Shown in pieces: positions 28,657 through 43,435 of a stretch of 64,000 nucleotides of DNA; within the stretch, counting starts at the first letter, position 1; every line of letters starts with the position of its first letter. Below the pieces are notes generated by a model that was given only the letters and a program-made list of their open reading frames with translations, did no database searches and was not told where the DNA came from. Origin of the DNA: Eledone cirrhosa (taxonomy: Eukaryota); the NCBI GenBank assembly GCA_964016885.1, contig OZ024747.1, forward strand, positions 81,344,001 to 81,408,000, written 5' to 3'. Position numbers and translations under genes: made by a program.

Positions 28657-28947
28657 TGTAGTTAAACATATTCACAATTTGTTTACTAAAGATTGTTCAC
28701 CAATACTTTACACTTATCTATTCCCTAGTGATCTTTCAGCTCCTGATTGTGTTATAGGAGCATCGTCGTTACATATGATGTTTCTTTAACATTTAAACTT
28801 GAAACTTTGTCATGCTTGCTAATTATATTTAAAAAAAAATGAAAAATAACAGTTGAATAAGATATTTATCGAAACCACTTATGAACTACTACAGCAATGC
28901 TGGTATAGTCATTGCTTCTGTCGTTTTTGCTTTCCCCCATCTCTCAC

Positions 28948-29094
28948 TATTATAAGCAAATGGGGGCCCACATGCTGGCCACCCTGCAGCACTGGCAGAC
29001 AGAATAGAGAAGACATTTTCCTGGAGGATGGTGAGGGAGATGTGTTGGAAGAGCCATTCCAGCCCGCGAAGCTCACACCTGCAGGTAGATATCT
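28948..29094 (-). CDS. Candidate internal exon (147 nt, phase 0-0)
   Basis: tttctaatttcaacag| RYLPAGVSFAGWNGSSNTSPSPSSRKMSSLFCLPVLQGGQHVGPHLLII |gtgaga. GC-rich island in AT-rich DNA. Confidence 0.3.
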
Positions 29095-29665
29095 CTGTTG
29101 AAATTAGAAACAGTATCTTCATTTGAAATATAGTAATGAAAGGGTTAAAAATAGTCTAAAATAACTGACATTTCTGTATTTTGTTTGTGACTAACCGCTC
29201 ACTGTCATATACAAAACCACATCTGGAAAGAAATTAAGCTGTTCAATAGCTAAAAATAATTTAAGATTAAAGAAAAAAAAAACCATGTAAGATATATGTG
29301 TATATATTTGAATGAACTTTTAAGTGAGATATAATTAACAAATTTGTTCTGTTGTTTGGGTTTTTTAACTTTCCATTGTTGTTAGCTTTGGGTTCTACTG
29401 TAATTATTTACCTAATTCTACTTTTTCACTCATTATCAGAATTAAAATTCCTGCACAACTTTCTTATTGTTGTTGTTTCCAATCCAAGATTTCTTTTTCC
29501 AAATTTAATTCTTTATTTTTTTTTTATAGAAATGTTCACGAATTGCTATGAAGGAAATATATTGTTTGCACAGACATACATTTTCTTCATAACAATAATT
29601 AAACACACACACACACACAAATATGTATATATAAAAAATGATGAGAGCGACATCTTTGACATTCT

Positions 29666-29894
29666 TTAACCCTTTAGCATTTAAACCAGCTGTATGCAGC
29701 CAGAATTTTCTCACCTCTTTCTGTTCAAACCAGTTGTAACCAGCTGTTCATACTGATGTTAAGGTATTGTTCTAAAAATGAATAATATAAAAATCTCATA
29801 AATTCGATACTATGTGAGATAATTATGTGAGTTAAAGCCTTTACCACGAAAATACAATAGTGCATATAGAGTAATGCAAATGCTAAAGGGTTAA
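29666..29894 (+). mobile_element. piggyBac-type MITE family A, copy 2
   Basis: TTAA-CCCTTTAGCATTT ... AAATGCTAAAGGG-TTAA (13-bp TIR, TTAA TSD). Confidence 0.92.
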
Positions 29895-30408
29895 TTAACT
29901 AAATTCAAATTACTGTCTTTTTTAGCTCATTTTAATTTTAATTATGCAAATTGCCCATAACCACAATTATACCTAACTCATTTTATATATGTAAAATATA
30001 AGTTCTAATTGGCAAACAATTAAAGAAGGACTGTACTATTCTCAATAAAGGCTGTTGTTCCTTACTTGTAAAAGCAATGAGACAGTTCTTTTCCCTGGCA
30101 TGCTAAATTATTCAAGATTTATTTTTTATTCTTATTAAAACTATTCCTCTGTCTAAGTCTTTTGATTTTCTTCTTCCATACTCAGAGATAGATTTTTAAA
30201 AAAGTTAATAGTTTATGATATACAGTACCTAGTTCTCCCTTTTGTTTTGGGGTTAGGGTTAGTATATTCTTTCACTCCTCTTTTACTTGGAGAGGGATGA
30301 GCTTTGCCAGATCTAATAGTTTAATAATGTCCAAGAAATACCATTTATGACAACTAAACACACATGACTCCATCAGGAGTTAAGAGCCCATGGGTGGTTG
30401 CATGCATC

Positions 30409-30418
30409 TGTGTGTGTT

Positions 30419-30488
<70 letters not shown>
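30409..30488. repeat. (TG)n microsatellite
   Basis: Direct inspection. Confidence 0.95.
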
Positions 30489-30489
<1 letters not shown>

Positions 30490-31652
30490 ATGCATGTGTG
30501 CATAATCCAATAAACAAGAAGAAACACACTCGTTGTAAACAACTGAAAGTTTTTCTATTTTGACAGTGTATATAGGCCAAGTGTATGATGGCTGGTCATC
30601 TCACACTGAACGATGAACCGAATGATGAACTAATAATACTAACAATAGTATTTTAAATTTCACTGCCTGTAGTCACATAAAGTAATTTTATAAAACAGTA
30701 TTCATATATTAACTCAGTCACTGTCTGGCAGAATAATGATCATGCTGGTAACTTTTCTCTCGAAGCTTTAGGAGAAATAGATTCAAGTCAATGAAATTCA
30801 ATAAATTGATACAAATGGAACTGAATGGAATTAAGATGTAAAAGCCTCAAGGGTTTTGACATAATACTGGAAACTAATTCACTGAAGCAGTCAAGTTTGC
30901 TATGTGATCAACAGCTTACCACAGTGTGTGTTCGTGCTGGTGTGTTTATATTAATATGTTAAAATCCAGAATCTGAGGAAACATCAACAACAATTAGTCC
31001 ATAGTAGTTTATATATATTTGGTCATGTGTGCTTGTATATATAAATACATACATATATATATACATACATATACATACATACACATATACATACATATAT
31101 ATATATATGTGATATGTACTTGTTTGACTGAATGTGTTTTTCTGTGTGTGATTAATGATTGAATGATTAAGATCTATTGAGCAATTAATTTACAAGAGCC
31201 TGAGTTCAGTTTATATCATGCACATTGCCAAAGATTTTTCACTCATGTGTAATAGTAGTTAATTGTGGAATTATCATGAAATAATTTGCTACATAACTGT
31301 CAGATCATTTCAAGCAATCTCTTGTAAAATGGTGCACTTACACATCACATTTCCTTAGAAACATAAGTACCAACTCTTTGGAATGCTTATGCCAAGTTGT
31401 GGTTATATTAGCAACTTAGTAACAAAGCCCTTTATAATTCCAGCTATTCAACCATGAAGTACGTATCTTTCATCTCATATTGTTGAACTCAGATGAACTC
31501 TACATTATTATGAAGTTCATTACAAAGTAAAACATTGAATATAAAAGGTGACTATTACTGCATTTATCTTCATTATCATCCTTTGAAGCCCCTTTATAAT
31601 CATCATCATCACCACTATTATCAACTCTTTATCATCATTACCATGATCCTCT

Positions 31653-31992
31653 CCAGCATAGTTATGTCCCTTTACGATCTGAGTTCAAATCCCGCCGAGG
31701 TTGACTTTGCCTTTCATCCTTACGGGGTCGATAAAATAAAGTACCAGTAATGAACTGAGTAATTGCTGGCTTGTGCCTAAAGTAGAAACAATTATTAACT
31801 ACATAAGAGGGCGGGGGATTGGCAGTATTGGTAGAGGGTCGAACGCCATGCTTTCCAGCATAGTTACGTCCCTTTATGGTCTGAGTTCAAACTAGGTTAA
31901 CTTTGCCTTTCATCCTTACGGGGTCGATAAAATAAAGTACCAGTAATGCACTGGGTAATTGCTGGCATTGTGCCAAAAGTAGAAACAATTAT
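31653..31992 (+). mobile_element. Tandem pair of Nin/Deu-domain SINEs
   Basis: Two head-to-tail copies: 31653-31797 (5'-truncated) and 31810-31992. Confidence 0.92.
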
Positions 31993-34507
31993 TAATTACA
32001 TAAGATCAAAAAATAGAAATATCTATGATTCTGGTTCAGATCAATAAATTAGAAGACTTGTGATGCTCTGCTCCTTCCTCCACAAATAAGAGGAATGTTA
32101 AAATAAAATCTTGTTTATATGAAACATTTGTTGTTAGTCAATTGAGACAGATATGAGTAAAATGTCTCAACAATATTTTGGCTTAAATAATCCATAATAC
32201 AGAACTATAAAGAAATAAGTGCTAAGTACAAACAATGCAAGTTGTTTAGATTATATCTAATATTTCTTAGATTTTTCACTTCATAACTCAGACTTATTTA
32301 AGACAAAACATGGAATAAATTTCTTTATATGCATTATTGAGATTCTTACCAATATCTGTCTCTACAAAGAGATGTTATTATTTATTCTTATTTTCATTCT
32401 TATGCATTTATTATTATCATTATTTCTCTTATTAATTCTCAGTTTACATCAAATTTCACTTTGTATACATCATGCAACCATCTATAAAGTTGGAGGGGAG
32501 GTATACCTGACATGTTTCAAATTACATAAATATGTAAAAAGTACATGAACCAGTGAAATATAAATGAATAGTAAATAAATATACACAGAACATTATAACT
32601 AAATCTGAATGGATTATCCTATGTAGGATATTAGCAAAGGAAGGAGGGAAAATCTGAACTTCAAACAAATTAAATGTTTTTATTATACCAAATCTACTAT
32701 CCTCTGTAATGATCACTGTTCCTTTTCTTTGCGACATTTTAGAAATTTCATTTTCTCAATCATTGCACTGAAATAATTTACTTCTCCAGAGAAAATATCA
32801 ACTTTTAGCACTTTTGACACCAAACCCTGGTTCTATGATACAAAATTACTTGTTTTAAAGTACTTATATTTTGATTTTATATATGAATCTTTATTAAGTT
32901 TTGTTCCAAGCAGCAGATAAATAATGAGATGGTTAGTTATATTACTCAATTCTTGATTATTTTCCAAAATTATTTGAATATTATAGTCAGTATCTGTCAT
33001 AAAAAATGTTAATGAAGTGGTTAATGTCATTAAAATTTTTCTCTTCACACAGGATATAAGTTGAATCATCCCAATTATCGTATTGGTATAAGAATGTTCA
33101 CAGAAAGTGTAAACCTTTTAGTTTTAATTATTAGATCAGAATGTTACTCCTAGCAATTTCTTAAATAATAGGAGGTTGTATGTGTGTGAGCTAAAAGACA
33201 GACCTACTAATTGATACTTTGATCAACCATATATCATACTTCTCTATTTCCATAGGAGTTAAGATAAGACATCCAACAACAAGGTAATTGAATTTCATGT
33301 AAAACTGTCATCTAGAATTTGCATTATCTTTTTATGATGTTAACTGGATAATTTATGGCCCACAGGTATTGATATTGACAAGATTACAACCTACATTACA
33401 ACCTCAACTTCCATTATTTTTATAAATGAGTCAAAATTAATGTGATATTACATTCCAAACTAACGAAGCATGAGTTCATATTATTCTGGAGGTAGTCACC
33501 AACTCAACTCTCTTCGACCAGTTAAGAAAATCATTATTATTGATGACTAGTTATTGGTTATATATAGAACGATGATGATGACCTGATGATTCAGAAGTTT
33601 GCTTTGTAATCATAGAATCCTGGGTTCGTTCCTAAATTGGGGCATCTTTTGAAACTGTTTCTCTGATGATCTCAATTCAATCTAAGCCTTATGAGTGAAA
33701 TTGGATATATGAAATCTGTTTGGAAGCTTGTCAGATACTGTGTCATTTTGAATTTCCCTGAAATTATGTTATGTGTACATGTGTCTGTGGTGTGATCAGC
33801 CAATATTTTGAGTAGTCCATGTCATTGATCAAACAACTGTAACACTTGTCGGAACGGGTGTGGTTCCATTATAAATATATAGCAAAATATTCTTATTTTA
33901 CTATATATATAGAGAGAATAGAATTCCATGTGTATCAATAAAAATAAATACTAACTTAACCCTATTAATTTCAAATCACCTGAAAATGCCCTTGATTTTA
34001 TGATAGTAAACTCTTTGTTTGAAAGTGTTTATATCTATCACAAACACTTCCACCATAATTTTATAAAAGAACCTTTGTTAAGTTATATTACCAACACTAG
34101 CTTAATAATGATAAAGTCAATTTACTAAACTCTTCCAAATTCTTGATATTTCCAAAATTATTTGAAAAATATGAATGTCTTTCATGACAAATGGTAACAC
34201 AATAGTTAATTGAAAGGGGTCAGCAAATATCCATTGAATGCTTATTTGTAGATTATGAGTATTAGATAAATATGTTTCTCCACTCAATCCATAATCTTGT
34301 AGAGTATCAAGACCAAGCATGGGCAATCTTTTCAAGATAAGGCTAGCTACACCACTATTAACGTCAAGGTAATTTTTCATTGGGTATCCACTCAGAGAGT
34401 CAAACAGGCTGTGGTTTGACCGTGACTGATAGAGACAAAGCAATTTAATTCACCTTCAAGTTGACTGAGGCAGCAACATGATTTTAACTTGGGACTATGT
34501 TGTCAGT

Positions 34508-34621
34508 TGTCTAGATACTTTTTATATTACAGATACTTTTGTCCAGATACATTTTTTTGTTACAGATACTTTTGTCTAGATACATTTTTTGTTATAGATA
34601 CTTTTGTCTAGATACTTTTTT
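34508..34621. repeat. Minisatellite, ~32-bp unit x ~3.5
   Basis: tgtctagatacatttttttgttacagatactttt repeated. Confidence 0.85.
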
Positions 34622-35091
34622 CTATTGATTCAAGTGAGATGAAACAACACACCAGAACCATAGAAAAGTGACTGAAACTAGAGAAACTTATATTTCTATA
34701 GTTTTACTAGTAAGTATTAATTTTTATGTGTACATCTCTGTACCATTTGACCCACTTCTCAGATAATGCCAGAATATAAATTTTTATAGAGAAGATTAGC
34801 TTTTTACACAACATTCTCTCTGGGGATTTAGCTGATATTCCAGAGGTAAAAGGAAAGAGTGTGAATCACAAAGGGAAGACGAAAGGACGTGGAAGGGGAG
34901 AGAGAGAAAGAGACAGAGAGAGAGGGGAGGGGGCAAGAACAAGCACAGGTGCAAAAGACATGTTGATGGAAATGAATATAAGAAAAAGGGAATAATGAAT
35001 ATTTATAATCTTCATCATACATCAATGGTGAATAAGATGAATAATGTAAAAGATATGGAAAACAGGAATATCATAAAATATAGCACAATTA

Positions 35092-35125
<34 letters not shown>

Positions 35126-35665
35126 GTTGTTGTTATCATTAAAAGATAAAGGATAAAAACAAGGTAGTATCAACACAAATTATTAAGTAAGGAAAAAGAA
35201 TATATAAAATATTTTGATAAATTTGTCACTTGGTACAGAAGCTAGAATGTTCCTAAATTGACTGCAATAAGCTCCTTAATTCTACCAAATAGAAGATGGG
35301 GCTTTTACTAATCTAATAACTTCTAGTTAAATAACTTGGAGAGATAGGTGGCTCATGAATAAGTTTCAATAAAATCTGATATTGTCATCTTGGAATGATG
35401 TACTTGATATGACATATGTGATAAATAAAGTTCTTCACTGATGTTTTTTGTTCATGAAGAGCTTCTGTGTGAAAATATGTCAGTGGGATTAACATGAAAA
35501 TACATGCCTATACAAAACACCCACACAAGAATAAACTGCACATAAAAGTACATATAGTTAAGAGAAAATACATCAAAATATATATCAGTGTATAATGTGT
35601 GCATCTAAAATGATACATGGCAGCATCCAACTGTATGTAAGAAATATAATACATAGATGGAATGC

Positions 35666-35707
<42 letters not shown>

Positions 35708-38700
35708 GTAGAACATTGGAAGGTAATATCCATAGTAGTAGAGCACTCAGTCCATGGGACGAGTTTGGTAGAAGTAGTAACACAACAGTTAGTTCACCAT
35801 ACCGAGAACAATTGTTTCACCTTATGCGGATCTTCAGCTTGGACTGTCTGAACTTGATCAAATATTGAAAAGTATTTTGTCTAGCACTCTAGCACTACAG
35901 TTTCCATCTACAAAATACCACCTACAAGGTAATAAACAACCCAAGGCTATGGTAGAAGACATTTCTTCAAGGTGGCATGCAGTGGAATTCAACGTAAAAC
36001 TGCATGCTACTGTAGTTAACTTTTTAACCACGTGGTTATGCTTTTGTTCCTTATAAAAATATTATTTCTTAAATGTGGGAAAAGGCTACAAATTTGCTGA
36101 AGAAGAAAATGTAGTTTATTGACAATGATACTATTTTAATTCAGAACATAAAGATGAAACTAAACATAGCAAAACATTTAATCTGGAACTCTACATTTCT
36201 CCAATTCCCCAAACAGTAAGAAATATCATTTAATTTTCTTTAAAAGTATAATACTTTCTTTAACCTTTTCAAACCAAGCCACATGTGACCAAGCTCTGAT
36301 TCTCTAATAAAAATTATTTTATCTAAATGTAATCCTTTTCTCAAAATTATATGTAAAACCTGTTATATTTCAAACAATGCAATAATGGAAATCTTAGTTA
36401 TTTTATTAAACTCTTCCAAATTCCTGATTATGTTAAAAATTAATTGAAACACATGGATAATGTATTTCACTAAAAATATGGTCATAAAAATAGTTAAACA
36501 GAAATATTTTTTTTATGTTGCAAGAAGTTGTGAACATTAGGCATATTGTCAAATGGAATGCACATTCTAAGATCAGACAAAATGGATTTTGAATTGTGAA
36601 CAATTCCTAACCACCTACACAAAATTGAAGAAGTTTTCAGGATGTTGTGTTGGTGGTTAAGTATTGTTAAAGATAATGTCTGAAAACATGATGGCAGGAA
36701 TGATATTCCCATAATGAATATTTATGCAATAATTTCATTTTAATCTGGAATTAATTTCTAGATTATTTTACATTTTTTGGGACAATTCTTTGTTCACTTT
36801 TCATTATATTTATTTGAAATATAATCTGTGATGCCATAAAATCAATTTCACAAAAAACATTCTGTTCCTTGAATTATGAATTGAAGGGTTGTTGTTTTTT
36901 TTTTCATTTTCTGAAGGAGTTCCATTTATGGATCTCACTGGGAATGTATTAGAGAGGTTACAATAATCACACTAAGAATATGTTACCTACTCAAACACAA
37001 GGTTATGGTATTATACTTAATGACTGGTGATCTAAAACGTTAATTAGCAAAAGCTACATCTAATTCTGCAGGGATGTTAATAATATTCCAGTAGTTTGTT
37101 ATTATTTCAGCACAATGTGTGAATTTCTTTTCATATCTCTATTTTTATAAAATGATATTTAAGCACCTATCTATTTTGTTATCTTTCTGTTTATTACAGA
37201 CATCCTTTTCTTTGCTATTTCCAATCGTTCTTTGTTGCTCATTGATTTTCAATTACTTGTGTGATTTGTAATGTAGTTTATGTTTTCAACCAACTCCAAG
37301 CCACCAGACAGGTGTGTGGATAGAGTTGGGACCAAGACTGACAGCAGGTTATGTGATGTTGGAATTATATAGTTAATCAGTACTAAGTAATAAACCAGAA
37401 AAACATAGAAGGAATAGAGCAACAAGCGATGGTGACAATATGACAACTGGAAACCAAGGTGTAAAATATTGCTAACTAGGAGAGAAACCAAGAATAAGAG
37501 ATATGTACTGTGATGAGAAAAGGCATATAATATTCTGAATTCTAAGGTAGAGCTTCAAGAGAAGAACATCAAGAACAAATGAGATTAAAACGACGCTTGT
37601 TCTCAGTAACAGCAAAAATATAGAAATGTTTGGCAGCAAGCATAGAAGGTTGTTAATGTTTCTGATTATTTTTATAATTACTAGTTGTAGCCCCATTTTT
37701 CCTTAGGACATACAGAGACACACACATGTTTTTTCACACCTGTTGACACACTTGCATTTAAAATTCCCCAATTTTCAATCAAAATTCTTAGTGTGGTGAC
37801 AATTCTTTCTATCTCTAGATCTTTCACACATGCGCACACATACACACACACACACACTCTCTCTCTCCCTCTGTATTTCTCTCAATAACAATAACATCAA
37901 CAACTTCCAGTTTTGTTTATTGAAAGAAATCTTAATTCCATCTTCAACACACAAACACATTCACTGTGTTGATCTTTCAATAACAACAACAATCATCTGT
38001 CATTATAGAGAAAGACTAATTTTTAAAGTCTATTTTGCATTGTCTATATGATGAAGGACACACACAGAAAGACACAGACATAACAACAAAAAAAACTCTG
38101 CTATCTCTCTCTCACTGTATTTCTCTCTCAATGATAACCAAAACAAGTCATTATAGTGAAAGCCTTTTTTAAAATCTCTGTTGCATTGTCTGTATGCTGA
38201 AGGACAGAAAGAAAAACACCCACACACACTGAAACAACAACAAAAAATACCCTATATTCATTTTTTTTTGTTCGCTCATTACATTTTAGTTAGTTAGAGC
38301 AGGGGAGGTGGAGTATTATTTCCTTTTATCTATATAGATAGCATGACGGATGGACTAACAGACACGGCTCTTATTATAGTATAGATTATCCTCATTTTGA
38401 GAATAGATAGGGTTTCACATGTGGAACATTCCAGATAATGGTGTGTCTTGATCTTCTTCACACCTAGACTTAACTGCAGTTTTAGTAATATGGCTCATAA
38501 TTCTACATCACTAATATGATGAATTCATTGCTTGCCACATTTGTTTTAAGGAAGTGTTTTGTTAGTTGAGAAAAATATATTGAATTTAAGCTCCTTATTA
38601 AGACAACTATTGTGTTAAAGCCTTTTGTTACCATATTTCTGATGAGAAACTGCTTATAATTATTATATCATTTTGAAAATAATCAAGAACTTTGAAATAT

Positions 38701-39711
38701 TTATTAATATAGCTAATTTCCTCATTATTTATCTGGTGTTTGGAGTATTGTTTAACAAAGATATATCTAACAGGTCAAGTGATCATATAATGTTCCCTAA
38801 TTTGCTCATAAAAGTATAGTGATTTACAGCAGTAGGTATCTCTAATCATAGTAAAAACAGAATCAGACAAAAAAATTCTATCAGAAATCACACAGCTATT
38901 ACCATTGGTTCAGTCACATGCATTAAAAATTACATTCAAACTTTTACTTGATTAAATTCAATTCTCAAGTGGAAAGCAATTAATCAAACTATTTATTAAT
39001 ATTACTCTAAATATAAATATGCAGAATTTACGAGTTGGGATATTCGTGATTTTGCAAAAGAAGAACTAAGTATAATTAGTAATCAAAACAAGATTGCAGA
39101 TTGGTCAGTCCCATGCTCATTGGCTATCATTAATAAATCATCAATGTTTGATTCTTATTAAAGGACTAATAGAAGATTCTGACAAAAGAATGATTGTTAT
39201 GTGTAGAGGATGAGATACGTAAGTGGATAGTTAAAGGAAACAAAAGAAACAGGAATTCTATAGAGATATTGGGGAAATGTTGGCGCAAAGCATATAATAG
39301 TTTCTAAGTTTGGCACAGAATCAACAATTTTGGAGTGACGAGAAAGTCAATTAAATAGTTTCCAGTATTTGATTGATACTTTATTTCACCAACCACAGAA
39401 AGATGAAAGACAATGTTGACCTCAGCCAGATTTGAACCCAGAATGTAAAGAGCTGGAATAAATTGTACAAAAAATTTTTCCAGCTCTAACGTTTCTACCA
39501 ATCTGCCACCCACAATCCATATAATAAAATGTATTTGCATCACACCTTCTTGTTAACAATTTTATGGCTGTCTTTATTAATTTTGATTTTCTTTTTAGTG
39601 CATTGTATGGTTTTCAAAATTATTTAAATTTGTGTTTCCTATTCAACAATACTTCAAGCAAACTACTACAACTCTGTTATTTTAAAGAGGTTTTAATATA
39701 ATAATAATGAT

Positions 39712-40240
39712 AATAATAATGAAAATATTGTGTACAGTGCTCAGGTGCACTACAACTCATCAAAAGTGTATGTATAGTACATAGGGTAATGTACAAACGT
39801 CAGGAAAATGAACAGTGCAAGAGTCATGATATACACATGTGTGAATGTGTATGGAATGTGTAGTTTTGGTGAATTTTGGGAAGCATGAGGGTTTTAAAGG
39901 ATGTAGTGTCTCAGCAGCTAACAACTGATGCAGGCAGTTTGTTCCATGCTTCAGCAACTCTAAGCGTGAAAATATGTTTCTGAAAGTCATGGGAGCTGTG
40001 CTGTTTTCTGACTTTGTAGGCATGTCCACGTGTGTTAGACACATGGAGATCAAAAAGGTGCTCAGGGCTGTTGTTGGCGAGACGGTTAATAACTTTGTGG
40101 GTGTTTACCAAGTCCATTGCCAGACGTCGGAGCTTCAATGAATCCATGCCCATGGGAAGCAAGGCATTCAGAGTATGGTAGATGTCTGATGGAGGGTATG
40201 CGCTTGGTTGCACGTCTCTGAACAGTTTCCAGGAGGTCAA
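39712..40240 (-). mobile_element. CR1-clade LINE 3' end
   Basis: SLKLRRL..DLV..HKVI, NTRGHAYKV, FTLRVAEAWNKLPASVV motifs; (ATT)n tail. Confidence 0.9.
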
Positions 40241-40978
40241 TGTTCTGAGCAAGATAATGTGTATAATCATTGATGTACTCATTATATCTGTTGTCATTAT
40301 CTTTGGGTAACTAAGGAGAGTTTTTGAATCCAGTATGTATAACTTTTAAAAAGTAAGGCACAAAATTAAAGTTTATTGTAAGTCCAAATTACTATAGCAA
40401 CAGTGAACTCTTGCCATTGAAAAAGATGTTTATGTTATAATAGTAGATGTTTGAGATATATTAGTATAACATTTCAACAGCCTTTCTGATATACAGCTAA
40501 ACAAGAGGCACAAACACAAAATAAGCCACAAAAGGTACACAATTTCAAATGAAATATACTCAATGACCTTCTAGTGTATTAAAGCTATTCTATACATTGA
40601 GTGGAATAAAAAACAAGATTATTTTATTTATGTTCAAATACAAAGAAAATAATTGATAGCATTAGAAAAAGGTATTTTAAATGCTACATATATAACAAAA
40701 TTATATCAAACGTTTGTAGCTTCTTACAATGTCATCTGGATTAAATGTATTGGATATTTTCTTTACATAGGTGGTAGATATAATCTGTGAACAGGTTAAA
40801 GACCACTACTTAGCACTTTGGGTTCTGCTAAAGGACCCTAAATATCCTCTTTGTTCTAATCATATGGGCCAGGTCTCTAGATTGAGAATACCTTCTTCCT
40901 CTTGTGAACCCTATCACTAGTTTTGGAGGCCCTAACAAATAGTCAAGAGAATTACCCTCCTCTTCCTGATTATGCAGT

Positions 40979-41008
<30 letters not shown>

Positions 41009-41009
<1 letters not shown>

Positions 41010-41228
41010 AACGAAGGAAATGTGGTAAGGAACCAGGTGGACCATAACGCACCAAAGTACTCAATACTTAGGGTAGTAGAGTGCGTAATAGGAACAAGTA
41101 AGACCCCGACGGCTGAGCTCAAGCCGTTTCGACGGCTAATTCTGTACTGAATGAAAATTTATTCTGGTATTTAAATAGCCGAGCTTATCAAGGGGTAATT
41201 CCATATATGGGGTCTTACTTGTTCCTAT
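41009..41228 (-). mobile_element. Penelope pLTR-like remnant in (TA)n with HHR and 20-bp inverted copy
   Basis: 41088-41107 is inverted at 41209-41228. Sister copy at 60120-60232. Confidence 0.75.
41103..41196 (-). ncRNA. Type I hammerhead ribozyme, U3-A8 variant, with stable stem III
   Basis: ACCCC-[TTGATAA]-GCTCGGCTA...TAGCCGTC-[GAAA]-CGGCT-TGAGCTC-AGCCG-TC^-GGGGT. Confidence 0.85.
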
Positions 41229-41338
41229 ATATGTATATATATATATAAATAAAATTAGAATTTTACAAATAAATCGAACATTATCATTAATGTTCAATAT
41301 AATCCATACATACATATGTATATGTATATATGTGTGTG

Positions 41339-41396
<58 letters not shown>

Positions 41397-42008
41397 CATA
41401 TATATATATGTATGTGTATGTAAGTATATATATATATATATATAAGAGAGAGAGTATTATTTTATTATTTTGTCAGTTTTAGTCTTTAGACTGTAGTCAT
41501 GCTTGTGCACCACATAAAGCAAACAAAATTTGTTGATAATAAAATGTTATATAATTCTCTTCTGGTGGAAATAGAAGCAAGTAATCATGATATACTCAAA
41601 TTTACTCTATTTACCAGGCTTTATTTCTTGGTTTTCTGATCACTCATTCCCATTTCAGAAATGCAATGATGATCTAGTAATGGTAGATGAGATCATAACT
41701 AAAAGATAAGTCATAGAATGAAGTAGTTTCAATGAGAAATAAACTTCCCTATACATAACTATAATCTCTTCTTATCTCTATAATATTTCTTGAAAAATCC
41801 TCTTTGTAAGGAGTGAAGGCATTTGTGCATTTGAAATATATAGCTTTATAAGAAGTCCTCGTTGCAAGAGGCTTCAGAAATATATAAGATATTTGATAAG
41901 TAGTTACATATATGAAGAGAAGTTAGATATTTGTCAATTACTATTTTTATTTTACAAAATAATGCATGATAACACAGAACAGGTTGAGTTGTTACTGAAA
42001 CCAGCCAG

Positions 42009-42040
42009 TTTTATGGTGATGTTGGAACATCACCATAAAA
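42009..42040. repeat. Perfect 15-bp hairpin
   Basis: ttttatggtgatgtt-gg-aacatcaccataaaa. Confidence 0.9.
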
Positions 42041-43435
42041 GCTCATGAAAAATGGTTTGAAACTCTGCGAATTGTGTATTAACAGGATCATAAAATCAAC
42101 ACTGTATCAAATAAATGCATGTTAGTATATGAAAAAGAGATATATAGATAAATATATACAGGGAGAGAATGGGGGAGAGAGAGAGAAAATGGGGGAGAGA
42201 GAGGGAAATGGAGACATATAGAGAGAAACATATAGAGAGAGAAAGCAAGAAGGAGACAAGGTAGTATGTGTATGAAGAAATATGGCTCCAGAAGGAAAAT
42301 ATAATGATCAAAACAGAATAAATAATTAAGTAAGAGAAAATAAAAAGTTAATAATATTCTAGTCGATATTTAATATACTAATAATATCACAATGGAAAAA
42401 ATATATAGAAATGTAATAATAGATCTTTCTGATCAAGAAGAGAATTGAATATTATTATGAAAAATAAAACAGTAAAATAATTTGAAAACTTTGTTAGTCA
42501 TTACCATATATCCATATCCATAAACAAACACACACACATACATGTATCCATACACAAACACACATGTGTATATACATACACAAACAAACATAGACATACA
42601 CACAGCACACACGTTAAGAAATGTAATTAGAGTAAGGAAATTCAATCAACTCTCTACAACTAATAAACAATTATTCCATAAATGGCAATGGTTAAACTTG
42701 TTAATGTCTTTGTTAAAATTTAAATAAGATTCAATCAAGTATTTGTTTGTTTCTTCATTTGGTTGTTACTACTACTACAACTACTACTACTACCACTACT
42801 ACTACTACTGCTGCTGCTACTACTACAATTACTAACACTGCTGTCATTGTTTCTGTTGTTGCTTTGTGACTGTTGTTGTTGCTATTGTTGTGTTTGTTTG
42901 TGTTAGTTACTCTTGTTTCTGTAATGCTATTGTTATTACCATTACTTCCATTGAATTTGTTAGTTGCGGCTGCCTCTGCTGCTGTTGTAGTTTTGGTTTT
43001 GCTGATTTTGTTGCTGCAGTTCTTGTTACTGTAGAAATTATTATTATTGTTTTTTATGTGTGACTGAAAAGGTGATTGCTTTGTTTCATATTCATGTTTT
43101 ATTTACATACCCTACATTTTTTTAGAATAAAATTCTTAATAAAATGTTAGAAATAATTAACTAAGTGCAAATAATTACTTAAAAATAAAGAAAAAATAGT
43201 TTAATTAAATAATTCATTAAATAATTTGTTTAACAGTTTGAGAAAGAGAAGCCAAGTGTACAGTTTTAGTAATATTTCTCCAATTGTTCATTTCCTTGTA
43301 TATGCAACTTCCTATTTATGTGTTTGCTTCTGTATATTTGTCTAAATATGTATATGACTTTGTCCATGGACATATATGGGCTTTTGTATACCTGTGCAGA
43401 GCTGTTTGTTGATTCAAGAACATATATACAATAAT

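Noticed and set aside
30251-30262. Telomeric TTAGGG repeat
   Set aside because: Only about two units; expected by chance.
34508-34621. CRISPR-like periodic repeat
   Set aside because: No unique spacers, no cas genes, eukaryotic context; it is a minisatellite.
37290-37620. Possible decayed R4/Dong-like LINE C-terminus
   Set aside because: Similarity is too faint to support by eye.
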